NCBI GenBank assembly: GCA_001949185.1
Contig: BDGG01000019.1
Span: 166,043 to 209,103 of the forward strand
Source of the DNA: Ramazzottius varieornatus
Lineage: Eukaryota > Animalia > Tardigrada
Direction: 5' to 3'
DNA length: 43,061 nt
The translations under genes and the position numbers were made by a program. Below, piece after piece: positions 27,882-39,829 of the stretch; positions within the stretch are counted from its first letter, which is position 1, and each line of letters opens with the position of its first letter. The notes beneath the pieces were generated by a model, which worked only from the letters and a program-made list of their open reading frames with translations, had not been told where the DNA came from and searched no databases.

Positions 27882-30800
27882 GGCTGAAAGACGCTGGTCA
27901 CGGAGTTATGACCGAGAAAGACTCCAAGGATAATGCCAAAGCTCGTCCATTGCTGCCAGACGACGATGAAATACTCGGAGTCTTCGGACGCTTGAAAGAC
28001 AACATTACCGAAATCAAGACAGCCAGTTGTGCACGAAACAGCATGGAGCGTTCCTCCGAGTCCTCCAGAACCGCCGACCGTTCATCCAAAAGTGGTAGAT
28101 ACTCCCGGCAGAATTCCGTAACGCAGAACTCTGAGCGCTCCGACAGTCAGAAGACTCTCAACTCCCACTCCGAGAAGACTCCCGATGGTCCGAGCAGACC
28201 AGAGAAAAGTCTTCGCGTGAACGGTACAGACAAGGCAGAACATGAAAGGGCTGACAGGAAAGACAGGTCGGTTCGGTCGGAGAAAGAGATAGATAAAAGT
28301 AGAAGCTCAACCTCGAATCGTAGTCGTCTGGAAAGCTCCGAGAATAACATTCCCGACGATGCTTCCCGAGTCTCCACGCAATCACGAAGCTCAAAGCGTC
28401 ACGAGAAATCCTCCCATGGAGAAGGCAGTCGTGCGTCCAATGGGGATGGAAGAGATTCGCGCGCCATGTCTGAACGCAGTCACCGCAGTTCGCGTCGTCT
28501 TCGTCCCGGTGAATGGTCCACCGACCAGTATCTCGAAGCTTACCATCGCGAATGGCAACTCCATTGGACCTACCAGCAACAACAACAGCAAAAGCAGCTG
28601 GGACAGCCTGCAACTTATGCGTTCACTGCTCAGCATCAGCAGGCGTACAGTCAACTTCCGGTGTCGTCCAACTCGACTGGCCTCTATCAACTCGCGCAGC
28701 AGCCGATACAACCAGCGCAAGTTGCGCAGCCGGAAGTCCAAGGGAAAACTCCGCTTCCACCTGTTTTTGGTAGTAATGCGGCTTCTGCCTCGGGCAAGAG
28801 TGGGCAGAGACCCAGTGTGATGAATTATCCTGCACCTTCCACAATTTTGAGGCCGAAAGGTTTGTCAGAATAAATTTTCGTACATCCGTATTAACGTGAA
28901 GTAATTTGTGTTCGATCAGCGGAACCAACGTTTCTGAATCAATGGAAGGATTACACTTGTTCTGAATTAGCGACGTTCTTTCCGATAAAGCGAATCAACG
29001 GCCAAAGTGATTTGCAGCTGACCTTATCGTCGCTCTCGAATACATTGTCTGATTGGTGACTTTGGATTTTGCAGAGGAACTGCCTAAAGTGCTAGCAAAG
29101 CCTCAGCGAGCAGAATGGAAGGGCTGCCTTCTGACGGCGAACGAGTTCTCCGAAGTGTCACGGAGTGGTCGTTCCACGACCCTCCTGGTGAAGAGACACA
29201 CCTCGACAGAGAGTGAGAAAGACAGGACGGAGATTGAGCTGTTTCCAGGTATGATGCTGATGGATGATGGTGAGCTACGCAACAGAGTGATGGATTTCGG
29301 TCGTCACATGAGCAGCCTGTCCAACGAAAGCGCCGAGTACGGTACAGTCGAGCTGGAAGCTGTCTTCTGGGACCTGGTCGTTCACTTCGTCAGCCGTGGC
29401 GAACAGTCGCGACCCTACGAAGTGGCCGAGATTCTGATGAGGCTGGTGCAAGATACGGGGAGGGATTCGGTAGCCTCTGTGAGAACGGGTAGGGATAAGT
29501 ACCCGGAAATGCATCTGTACCCCATCAGGAAGGCGCTGCTGACGGGAGATGTCGAGACAGCGGTGAAGTATGCGGAGAGTGGGGATTGCTGGGAGCTGGC
29601 GCTGTGTCTGCAGACCGTGCAGTCGACTTTGGAGTGTAAGAACCAACAAGCGAACGATCTGGCTGTGAAGGCGCTGGACCAGCGCCTGTCAAGAGGCGAC
29701 GCGGTGCATACGATATGCTGCCTGGCTTGCGGACGGATGCCCAACGTGGAGAACTGCTTTAGGGACTGGGTGGCCAACTTGGCCATCGTCCTGGCTTGTT
29801 CCAGCTTCGTTCAACAGGAAGAGCTGCGTCTGCGATTCATAGGTGCGTTACTTTGGCCAATTTCATATTTGAGACAAACACCTACATACTCTACTTTCCG
29901 GCGTTATCGCGGACGCGCATATCGTACTTTGTGTCTCACAGAGCTCCAGCTTGAGACACGCACCAGCGTATTGCTATGTCCTGTGTTTGTACGCAGCTTG
30001 TCTATGGTGGTCCGTGAGCAATGCTGGTATTGTGGTGCATGTCACGAGTAGCTGTATGTTGGAGACACCCACCAGCGTGCTTCCGGTGCATGATTCTGAG
30101 AGGTCGAGTGTATGGTGAAACATGATGCTACGTTTGGGCTGTTAACGTTTCTGTTGCTCCTTACAGGGAATCTGGCCGATCTTCTGAGCGCGGCCAACAT
30201 GCCAATGGCTCGTGACATCTGCCTCATCTTCTGCAGCTCCGAGAAGAGGTTTACCACACAGCCCTTCTCGCTGATCGGCGCAGAACTGGACCTCGAGGCT
30301 TCGAGCAAGTTTTCCCTGTCGCACTTCTTCATGACGGAGGCCTTCGTCTTCCTGGCTCAGATTCTTCAGGGCATCAACCTTCACACTTGTGTCGACCTCA
30401 TCAAGATGGAGCTGGTCTTCGTGGAGGCCTTGGTCGATCGAAGCCTCAATCAGCAAGCCACGGAATACTGCAAGAACATCGTGCTGGTCATCAAGGAGTA
30501 TGGCGTCCAGCTGAGCTTTGACCTGTACGCGCAACTCTTCCACCTCAGCATAGCTTGTGCTACATCGAACGCAGCGGTGTATCAAGAAGACTGGCTGCAG
30601 TGGCTGTGGAACATTTTTACGAGCTACAAAGAAGCCAGAGCTGGTCGGAAGCGGAGCGACAGTCAGGCCGTACGGCCAAGATCACTCTCCGCCGTGTCGG
30701 AGAAACCTCCGAGCGTGAAGCATCATTCGCCTGTCATTCCGGCGGTAAGATACTCTTTGTTTCCAACCCCAACGGTGACGTCGGAAAATGAACTGAAAAT

Positions 30801-32240
30801 GGTTTTTATCTAAAGTGGCGCACTTTCCTGTTGTCAGTAACTGGAAGTGTGCGCCACTGGCGGAAACGATCATTTCCAAGTCATTTGCCATAGTCCAACG
30901 GTATCTCCAATTTTGCTTGTGATTCTTTACAGTCGCAAAGTTCGGGCTTCTACGTGGCAGAGCCTCTGTCAGTCTTCGCGCGAGAAGACGACGCCGAAAG
31001 TGTCCACAGCGGTCTCCACATGACCACTCAACGTCGTGGCTCCCACGAGATCCCCATGGACGCAGAGTCGATCGCTCGCTCGCGGCAGAACTCCATCACG
31101 ACTCGATCTTCCTCTGACTCGAGACGACCGTCCGAATCTCGACCTTCGTCCACTCAGACCAGCATCAACACTCATTCTTACCCCCGTCCTTCTCTCGTGA
31201 ATAACCAGCTCAATCAGACAACTCAGTCAACAGGCAGCCATCGCCCAGTTTCACCCACGCATCGGTCCGTCACCCCTCCACCAGCCGCTGCGCCACCTTC
31301 AGATGCTGCCCCTCCACCAATGTACAACACTGGCCACGCCTTTCTACCAATGGGCAGTTCGGTTACGGCAGTAGCTCCGCCCTCCGTTGAAACTCATTCG
31401 ACAGGTGGCGGCAGCAGCGAAGAACAACTTCCGCCTTCAGTCCCGATGTTCTTCTCAGCTGCCACTCAAGCTCGACCATCCTTCAAGAATGCATTTCCGG
31501 TCCCGGGAAGGATTCCCGACAGCTCGACACCTCTTTCGCCCAACGACCCAGCGTTGGACACAGGCGACGCGCCGTACTTTTCTCCCAACCAGCAGAACAC
31601 GAACGACTACGCTTCTGAACCCGAAGAGGACAAGGAAAACAGTAAACCAACAAAGATGTGGGATCCAACAGCGGACTTTGACGAACCAGACAGAGGAGGC
31701 GGTAGTAAGAAAAGTGAGGCTAAGAAGGCGAAAGATGACAAGGCAGCAGAAGCCACAAAACAAGCTCAGAATCCCGGTTGGTTTGGTAGTATTTTCAAGA
31801 AACCGTTGAGCATCTTCAAAGGTCGTAAACAGATACATCTGCCAGATGATAAGAAGCCCACGTTGGTTTACGATGAAGCCAAGAAGCGGTGGGTAGATAC
31901 CAGTAAAAGTGGTGAGGAGGAAGAGGAAGTCGCAGCGCCACCACCGAAAATGAATTTCGGTCCCATGTCCAATCAAGCCAGTCATGCCAATCAGCCGTTG
32001 CCTGGGTCCTTTCCCTTTAACGGTCCTTCCCCACAGTCACAGCCACTTCGTGGTGGAGCACTGCAACCTCCCATGCCAGGACAAGGTCCGCCAAGTGTGA
32101 ACATGTTTAGGATCGGAGCTGGAGCTTCTCCAGGTGGCTACAATCCTTACGCCAGTCTCATGGCGGGGATGCAGGCTCCACCGAGACCCCCTGATATCAC
32201 GAACCATTTCATGCCTGCGCCTACCATTCCCGAAGAGTAA
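27882..32240 (+). CDS. SEC16: Sec16 (COPII ER exit-site scaffold)
   Basis: Central domain motifs IRKALLTGD..A..YA, DWVANLAIVLA, FSLIGA, MTEAFVF, LVDRSL.QQATEYC; Pro/Ser-rich linker; C-terminal GWFG..HLPDDKKPTLVYDEAKKRWVD. 5' end uncertain. Confidence 0.87.
30795..30872. repeat. N25 hairpin family monomer (Sec16 intron)
   Basis: AAGTGGCGCAC-N25-GTGCGCCACT. Confidence 0.88.
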
Positions 32241-32710
32241 GGAGAAAAAGATTGGGAAATCGTTGGTGATATCTTATTCATCATAATATCATCATAATAT
32301 TATTATGTATGTTATGTATAATTTATCTTTGCGGAAACGTTGCGGTCTTTCTTCCCCCTTTATCGTTTTATAAATAAATTGCGGTGTTTTTGGATGAGAT
32401 TATTCGTCCTGCAAATCATGAGGAGCTTTATGAGTTGAGCTCTGTTCTACTGCGAATGGCTTGACCCACACAAATGAAGAAAAATCTCGAAGATAGCAGG
32501 AAGATCTGCGGCTAAAAAATCATTAGCAAACTTTTCAAGCTTTAGGTTGAGGATCTTCGGAATCCCACTACCACATCATATGTCCGGCTTGGGTTCTCTG
32601 CCGCTTGCACGTACATACAAGAACCATCTACGGTCCCCACATCACCCGTCCATTGTTGAAGATTGCGTGAAGGAAAACGGCTAGTAATCATGATCTTCAT
32701 CTCGAAATGT

Positions 32711-32730
32711 AGAAAGTTCGCGAAGGTTCC
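32711..32730. promoter_or_regulatory. Perfect 4-unit heat-shock element upstream of p62
   Basis: aGAAagTTCgcGAAggTTCc, i.e. four alternating nGAAn units. Confidence 0.7.
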
Positions 32731-32984
32731 AAGGCCCTCAGGGAAAATCTAGAAACCCGCGCTCGATAGTTCAGCCTGCGATGATCACATCGATTGTGCT
32801 GTATCACGATGGAAAGCTTGACCATACCGAAAAGCGGAAAGAGCTTCTTCGACACGGCATTGGGTCGCCGAGTGCGAAACCACGCCGAGTTGTACGAAGA
32901 ACCGTCGAGTCAGCATGATTCATCGATCGTTCCTTGAACGAACGGGACTGCCTCCGACACAGATAACCCGCAGCATCAGGTTCG

Positions 32985-32992
32985 TATATAAA
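32985..32992 (+). promoter_or_regulatory. TATA box of p62 gene
   Basis: TATATAAA about 130 bp upstream of the ATG. Confidence 0.55.
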
Positions 32993-33113
32993 CTGTCTGA
33001 ATGATCAGAGCACATCACCAACTTGTTCTTTTGCAGTCTCATCGAGCCTTCGAAATTCAACTGCCTCGTCACAGAAATTGTCTTTCTCATCCAGCCGATT
33101 TTCTACAGGCAAA

Positions 33114-34343
33114 ATGGCCTTCCAAGTCAAGCTTTTTGTCGACGCCGACCAGGAAATTCGTCGCTTCAACCTCGACACTGCCGCCAACTACGCCGCTTTG
33201 AGGCAACGCGTCCAAGAACTGCTGGGAAACGACACCTTCAAGATGTTCTGGCGAGACTCGGACAACGATATGGTCGTCCTCGGATCGGACGATGAGTTGC
33301 AAGCGGCTCGTCAAAGCATGAAGACCAACGCTCCTCTTCGCATCTTTGTTCGCGCCGTCAAGAAGCCCACTTGCAGCGAGAAGAAGGTCCACCAATGCGT
33401 CGCTTGTGATGGATGTGGAGGCGACGTTGCCGGAACTCGCTACAAGTGTCTGCAATGTGCCGACTATGATCTGTGTGAAGAGTGCGAAAGGAAGGATGTC
33501 CACCCTCAACACAACATGATGGCCATTCGCAATGCCGACTCGAAGGAATGGCGTGCCTTCTTCCACGGAGCGCGCCATCATGGTCACCACGTTGCAGCGG
33601 AAGGAGCAGGCGCTCCGTCGGTCGGTCCTCAGGGTCCTGCTGGAATGAGTGGATGGGGACGTCGTGGTGGACCATGCGGGCCTCGTTCTTGTGGACCTCG
33701 TCCAGCAATGGGCGGACGATGTGGAGCCTTCCAGCGTGGAGCCGGGGCCTTTGTCCCACACTTCCTTCGTCCATTCATCGTGGCCCAGGAAGGCAAGGAA
33801 GTCAACTGGGAACAAGTCAGCGACATTATCGGCAACATTGCCCAACAATTCTTCGGAGCTCTGAAGGCGGAAGAGCAAGCCGACAAGAAGGAGAACGTGG
33901 ACAGCTCGTCGCACGCGCCTACTGAGAGCAGCAGCACGGGGACAGCTTCCGTCCAGCGAGAGCGGGCTGATAGTGTCGCCGAGTCCGTCAAACCCGACAA
34001 GGAACAAGAATGGACGCATCTGCAAGCTGAGCCCGTCGCGGATACCACCAAGGTACGCCGAGCTTCGCTCGACAAGACTACTCCGTCTCCGACAACGGGC
34101 GCCACCAACGCTGCTCCGACCGAAGCCGACTTGAAGGGTAACTATCGCTCTTTGGCTTTTTTCGAGTGCCAACATCGTCTTCCTACGCTTGTGACCATCA
34201 GTTTGCTGTTTACAGATCAGAGGATTGAGACCGCCCTCAAGGCTATGGCCGAAATGGGCTTCAACAACGAAGGCGACCTGTTGCGCCGTCTGCTCAACAA
34301 CTACAATGGAGACCTCGCCCGAGTCTTGGACTCCATCAAATAA
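33114..34343 (+). CDS. SQSTM1: Sequestosome-1/p62 (PB1, ZZ finger, LIR, UBA)
   Basis: PB1 (VKLF..EIRRF, WRDSDNDMVVLGSDDEL), ZZ (CDGC..RYKCLQCADYDLCEEC..H..H), LIR-like EQEWTHL, UBA (MAEMGFNNEGDLLRRLL). Intron at 34138-34215. Confidence 0.95.
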   Translation: MAFQVKLFVDADQEIRRFNLDTAANYAALRQRVQELLGNDTFKMFWRDSDNDMVVLGSDDELQAARQSMKTNAPLRIFVRAVKKPTCSEKKVHQCVACDGCGGDVAGTRYKCLQCADYDLCEECERKDVHPQHNMMAIRNADSKEWRAFFHGARHHGHHVAAEGAGAPSVGPQGPAGMSGWGRRGGPCGPRSCGPRPAMGGRCGAFQRGAGAFVPHFLRPFIVAQEGKEVNWEQVSDIIGNIAQQFFGALKAEEQADKKENVDSSSHAPTESSSTGTASVQRERADSVAESVKPDKEQEWTHLQAEPVADTTKVRRASLDKTTPSPTTGATNAAPTEADLKGNYRSLAFFECQHRLPTLVTISLLFTDQRIETALKAMAEMGFNNEGDLLRRLLNNYNGDLARVLDSIK

Positions 34344-35795
34344 TTTTCCACATGTCCACCTGTCATTTTCTATCGATCGCGGAACAACAGCGTCTACTTG
34401 CACTGTGTTGTGAATATTCTTTCTCCTTTTGTTAATGGTTTATTCTGATCTAAATATTGATAGTGCTGCACTCGTATCCAGCTCGCGTTTGCAATCCCCT
34501 ACTAAAAACGCTGTACTTGAAGAAAACCTCAAATATCTAGCCGTTCCCTGGCTCGATGCTCGAGGGGACGGGTGTCACCGCGGCAGGCTGGGGTAACTTC
34601 AGGCTTAATCGAGAGCCTAACTCGAGACATAAAGACTCTTGTTCATGGGTCAGTAAATTTTCGCCATGGGTTCGGGTTTCCGGTCACATGATCTCTGGAT
34701 CTCGTTCCCTATGGAGACTTCGGGATCGAGCCAAGCAAGTGTTTTGTTCAGGAGGTTATTTTAAGTGGGACTGACCGATTCGTTTTGGATGAACGAGTGG
34801 ACCACAAATTAATCTTCCCCGTGCATTTTTATGCCTTAAAACTAAAATAAATTTAGCGGAAGCAGACTGAGTCATTCCGGTTAAAACACAATGTACGTCA
34901 AAAATGCCTACTTTTCACTCCAGTACACCAGAGAGAAATACGTGGTGAGCATATTAAGGTCGCACCCACCGAGGCGAAAAACATGGTGAGAATAAATTTC
35001 GTGTCTCCGTCCATCGCGTAGACGATAAACCTTTTGGAAGTAGCCACAAGATAAAACCGTTCTTTTACTCACATCACTGCATCGGGTATGCATACTCTAA
35101 TTCCTTGGAGGACAAACGACCCGGCTGCATGGATTTCAAGGTTCTCGGTTTGTGCCAATTCGTGGGACTCCAGCCTCGCGATCGAAGTGTGGTTCGAGGG
35201 CGCCGTACCTGGATTCCTAATGAAAGTTTCTCCTAACTGACAAACCTAACAGCTATTCAAGACGACTAAAGATGATTAAAGCAATGAAAGCTATAATAAA
35301 AGCTATTAAAGATGATCTATTCAACGAGCTAAAGTACGACTGTGACGAGCTCTAATCAGATTTACCATAGAATTTCAAAATCGTTCCATGTCTCTGTGAT
35401 CAACCTATAAATCTGCCTCAGCATTCGAGTGTTCGATCACAACTTTCTCTTATCCCGCTGATCCACGATAAATAGATCCTAACTTTGGAATCCGATACGG
35501 TATTCTGCAGGCTGTTGTTCCTTGTGCCTGATTTACTCATACCGTACAAAAAAACGGAAGCCTTGACTTCGTAACTCTGATAACTTCCTGGTCCGCGCTT
35601 CACGGAATGCTAGTGAAGCTCTACGAGTACCTCCAAACAAAACGACTCATCCTTCCACTTGGATGAGGTTTTACTTCGTCCCCAGGTTTACCAGAAGCCA
35701 GTTGTACGGAAGTACATGAACGTGTTTATTTCCAATTTCTTCAACTCGTACAAGAGGAAAGTGAAGTTAAAATAAAAACAGCAAGGTAAAAGAGT

Positions 35796-36774
35796 TTACT
35801 CGTCAGCAGCGGCAGCCTTTCCCTTCTTCTCTTTCTTCTCCTTGGGTTCCTTAGGCTCTTTGGGTGCCTTGGCAGCTTGTGCGGGTGCCACAACTTCTTG
35901 TTCCTTCTCCCTGGCCTTCTTCTCCTTGCGGCCGATGGACTTGGCAGCACCCATTGCTCTTCTAACGTGAACATAGGCATCGAAGGTCTTCTCGTCCTTG
36001 GAAATGGCTCGAGCCTTCTCCTTGCCCTGTTGTTGCCTGACCGGCATGACTTTTCGGGCAGGGATTTGGACTGCGTTCTTCTGTTCCTCAGCCTGCAAAC
36101 AAACCACGTTATGAGACGAGCCAGATACGCCTAACGGAGGACCAAAATGGATGGTCGGAGCAGTACTTAATAACATGACATAACATGTACATGTCATATC
36201 AATCAAATCTGATACCAATCAACTGGCTTTCGTTCTCAGAAAAATTAATTATTCTCCTTCTTCCCGTTTCCGGCTCAAACAAACGACTCACCGAAGCTTC
36301 TCCTTCCCTCTTCTTCGTAGAACCACGTCGGGGGAACAGGATGAGTTTCGATCTGTATTCCTTCAGCCTCTGGGCGTTCAACTGGAGCGCTTCCACCGAT
36401 TTGTTGCGTCGACGATGATCGACGGCAATGCCGATTGTACTAGCCATCTTCTTGTTGATTCCGGCAGCCTAAAACCACCCAGCTTGAAAACACGAACACG
36501 AACACGAACACTATTACAAAGCAGATATTCTTACACGTAATTCATCCAAAGAAAACCCCTTTCCGGCTCGGACTTTCTTGTTATATCTGATGGTGGGGCA
36601 TCTGACGACTGGTCGGAGTAATCCGAGAGGACGAGGTGCAATCTCCCTGGCCTTCTTGATTCGGAGACGAGATCGGCGTTTTTTCTTGGCAGCTTGATCA
36701 AACCATGTCTTGACGTGGTTCTGCCACTTCTTGTGAAAATGCTGGTTGGGGATTACTTGGTTTCTAAAATGCAT
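35796..36774 (-). CDS. RPL13: 60S ribosomal protein L13 (eL13)
   Basis: [64 protein letters not shown]. Coding exons ~36774-36535, 36468-36292, 36092-35796. Confidence 0.97.
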
Positions 36775-37614
36775 CTTGTCTGCAAGAAGAGACAGCTGAT
36801 TTAGTACGATCCACTTCGCTACTCAAAATTCCGAAAAATCCAGGCAAACAAAGCCTGGGAACAACTTCGATTTTCAAGGATGGCGCACATACCTGGATGT
36901 TCTGGCTAGTCAAATAATCCACAGGATGTTGGGAAAAGGTCCTCCGGATCTAAGAGAATAGCTAGGAAGAAAACGCAGCACGATAAAGCTCCCGGTCGGC
37001 TCTTCAGAATCGCAAAAGACAACTTGCTCACTTGCTCAAGTTCGTTCCACTGTTCGGTACGTGACGTCAGTTACGATTGTAATCGAACCGATGGAACGTT
37101 GTTGCAATGCGCAGATGGAGCTGCCATAGAGTAGGGAACCGCTCAACTTTTCCTTGGCGGAAACCAGAATTTCACAAAATTTGCTTGTCCACTCTGGACT
37201 GTGCGGAATAATTTTTGGTAATCTCAAGGCGAAAGCATGCGGTAAACCTTTAATGCCGACGCGAAAGCGGCAGTGAGCGGTACTTCAGGCAAGGTAAACG
37301 AGTCTGAATTCAGAAGCAACTACTATGGAAGAAACATAGTTACCAAGTCTTAGCCTTGACGGTAGAGACTATTGGCTCTGATACAGCAAACTCCAAATTC
37401 CATTTCAACAAGGTTTACTTTTAAACATTTATCGTAACTATCATCGACGCGGGGCGGGCGGAAAACAGTCACATCAAATACTAAGCGAGTCCAAGCGGTA
37501 ACAATTTCAGCAGATTCCAGGGCGGAAGCGGGCGGTAACCACCGCCCGTTTCCGCGTGGACCCGTCGCGCGATCCAATTCCCTACACTAAACTGCCATCA
37601 TTTCAAGTTTCAAC

Positions 37615-38041
37615 TAGAGCCCTGCAGCAGTAGCTGAAACCAGTGCTGCTTCTGCACTGCATCCGGTTTCCAGCAACTGCAACTGCACTACATCTGCAAT
37701 TTTCTGCTGTTTTCCAAACTGCAACTGCAGTGTACTGCATTTAACAATTCAGACCTTCTGGCTGCCAGCGGAAATACATGTCGAACACATCGTAAACGTC
37801 ATTGTTCTACGGAGATTTAACCAAAAAGGGTAGAATCCAGCCAGAAAATGCAGAAAAAGAAGATTTTGCTATTGTTTTAAGGCAACAAAAGTGTACTGCG
37901 ACGAACGGTGCTCGTTTTTTCAAAGAGGCAACTGCACTGCACCTGCACTTTCTCACCACTTCGGCGACTGCAACTGCAACTGCACTGCATTGCAGTAAGA
38001 TGTAGTGCAGTGAAGAAAGTGCTGCATGTTGCAGGGCTCTA
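37615..38041. mobile_element. hAT-like MITE with (A)CTGCA subterminal repeats
   Basis: 12-bp TIR TAGAGCCCTGCA. The left flank GTTTCAAC (37607-37614) recurs 14 bp beyond the right TIR (38056-38063). Confidence 0.8.
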
Positions 38042-38329
38042 GTAACTCTACTGTGGTTTCAACTGTTCAACAGGAGGTCGTCGTTTAGAATTCGCAAACA
38101 AATTCGCCACCAAAATTCGTTAACACGAAGTTTGTTATAGGGAATTTATTTTGACACATAGTTCGAAAACAGAAACGTGGAGAATTTCGTTCAGACAGAA
38201 TGTTTGAACAATAAGAAGAATAAACGCCGGACTGCCGACGAACCGCGCTTTTTGGTTATACCGGTAGCCCCGACTCACAAGGGGATTATGCCTGTCCCCA
38301 CCTTCCGACGGTCAAACCGTACCGCCAAA

Positions 38330-39225
38330 TATAGTAGGCTCGACGAAGCTAAAATAAGCCGTTCTTAGTCGCGACTGAAGGGGCTAAAATATTTTTAGCC
38401 GAGGCTCATTAAATACAATGCGACATTCGGGTGTCATCAGCTAGTACCTCGGATTGTGATGTGTAGAGCACTGGGCCGCAGGTTCAAAATTACGCAGCAA
38501 CTGTGCTGCGCATGCTACCAGGTCGCTGTACGCTGCGCTGTGCTGAGCAACTTTCATGCCCAGTGGCTAGGCAGCTGCGCTGCAGATGCACATGGACCTG
38601 TTGCAACTGCGCTGCACGCTGATGTACCGACTTATGTTATAGTATTGTCGGCAAAATGGGTAGTCCACCGGGAAAACGTGGCCATACGGTACGGCAAAAC
38701 CCAGATGCCTGAAGCTCGAATACCCAAAAGTACCAATTTTTGTTAGGTGTTGGTCCGTGGATCTGCGCGGCAGTCTTCGGCTTCCTGCTGCATGATGTGC
38801 TGCACAAATTTCGTCGATTTCCGTACTGCAGCTGTGCTGCAGCACAGTACAGCTGCAGTGCAGTGCGGCGCATGCGGCCAGATTCCGTGCTCTAGTGATG
38901 TGTAGTCTAGGATAGCGAGGTTTGACTGATTGCAACAAAAAATTAACTTGAGCGGTTTGGAGGGTTGAGGGGTTAGGGGTTCAATTTTATGCAATTTGTG
39001 CCGTTCTGGAGCAATTTCCCCGGGATTGAAATGCTCGGAGTCAGAGTCAGACTTCGTTTTTCTGGACTCACACATCACAATCCGAGGTACTAGCTGATGG
39101 TACCCGAATGTCGCATTGTATTTAATGTTTGAGCGGCGGCTAAAAATATTTTAGCTCCTTCAGCCGCGGCTAAGAACGGCTGAAACGTCTTATTTTAGCT
39201 TCGCCGCGACGTCAAGCTTACTATA
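38330..39225. mobile_element. Fold-back MITE with ~160-180-bp imperfect inverted arms, interrupted by a nested MITE
   Basis: 38330-38463 plus 38903-38927 is the reverse complement of ~39047-39225 (e.g. ATCAGCTAGTACCTCGGATTGTGATGTG / CACATCACAATCCGAGGTACTAGCTGAT). TA at both ends. Confidence 0.88.
38464..38894. mobile_element. Nested hAT-type MITE, 431 bp
   Basis: TIR TAGAGCAC..GTGCTCTA, exact 8-bp TSD GTGATGTG (38456-38463 and 38895-38902), TGCAG-rich subtermini. Confidence 0.92.
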
Positions 39226-39504
39226 CTGTAGCTGAGCAACGTGTTCGTAATGTCCTCAATCAACACTCCCAATCAAAGGGCTCTACGTCACTGCAGCATA
39301 CTAAAGCGGTCAATGGACGTTCATTTCCGAGTTCCATAGTTCATTCCAGGACCATCGCGAGATTTAGCTCCCTGGCTCAGATCGTAGAAGAGATTCTGTT
39401 CTGTCGTTTTGCCGGAACAGTTTGACCGTCGGGAGGTGGGGCGGGGATAATCCCCTTGTCAGAAAGCAACATCGATGATCCAGGAAGCAATTGCCACTGA
39501 CTGG

Positions 39505-39512
39505 TATATAAA
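39505..39512 (+). promoter_or_regulatory. TATA box of U6-like gene (Pol III type 3 position)
   Basis: TATATAAA 28 bp upstream of the predicted +1 G. Confidence 0.65.
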
Positions 39513-39532
39513 GACGATTTATGCAATTGTCT

Positions 39533-39637
39533 GTTGACTGGAAACTCGTTTACTAAATCCGAAAAAATACAGAGTAGATTAGCGTGGTCCCTGCAGAAGG
39601 ACGACAAGCAAAACTCGTGAAGCGTTTCCACATTTTT
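39533..39637 (+). ncRNA. U6: Divergent U6 snRNA gene (variant or pseudogene)
   Basis: TACTAAA..ATACAGAGTAGATTAGCGTGGTCCCTGCAGAAGGACGACAAGCAAAACTCGTGAAGCGTTTCCACATTTTT is colinear with canonical U6 and ends in a T5 terminator. The 5' end is estimated. Confidence 0.9.
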
Positions 39638-39829
39638 CGTTTCTTTATACGGTCGGGAAATCAGCTCCAACGAAATTCTCGAACAAAAGACAACAAAGTT
39701 CATCGTTCTGTTTTCTTCCTCATATTCGTTTGAACCACCTCCCAGCAAGCCAACAACACAGATTCACTGTCCGATATAAAAAAACACTAGAAACAACTCC
39801 ATAAAACCGCATTTTATTCAGTTCAATCA

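Noticed and set aside
33087-34403. 438-aa ORF antisense to p62
   Set aside because: Mirrors the p62 frame codon for codon; explained by sense-strand codon bias; no recognisable domain.
37208-37220. Sm-site-like AATTTTTGG
   Set aside because: No surrounding snRNA or SL RNA sequence could be recognised.
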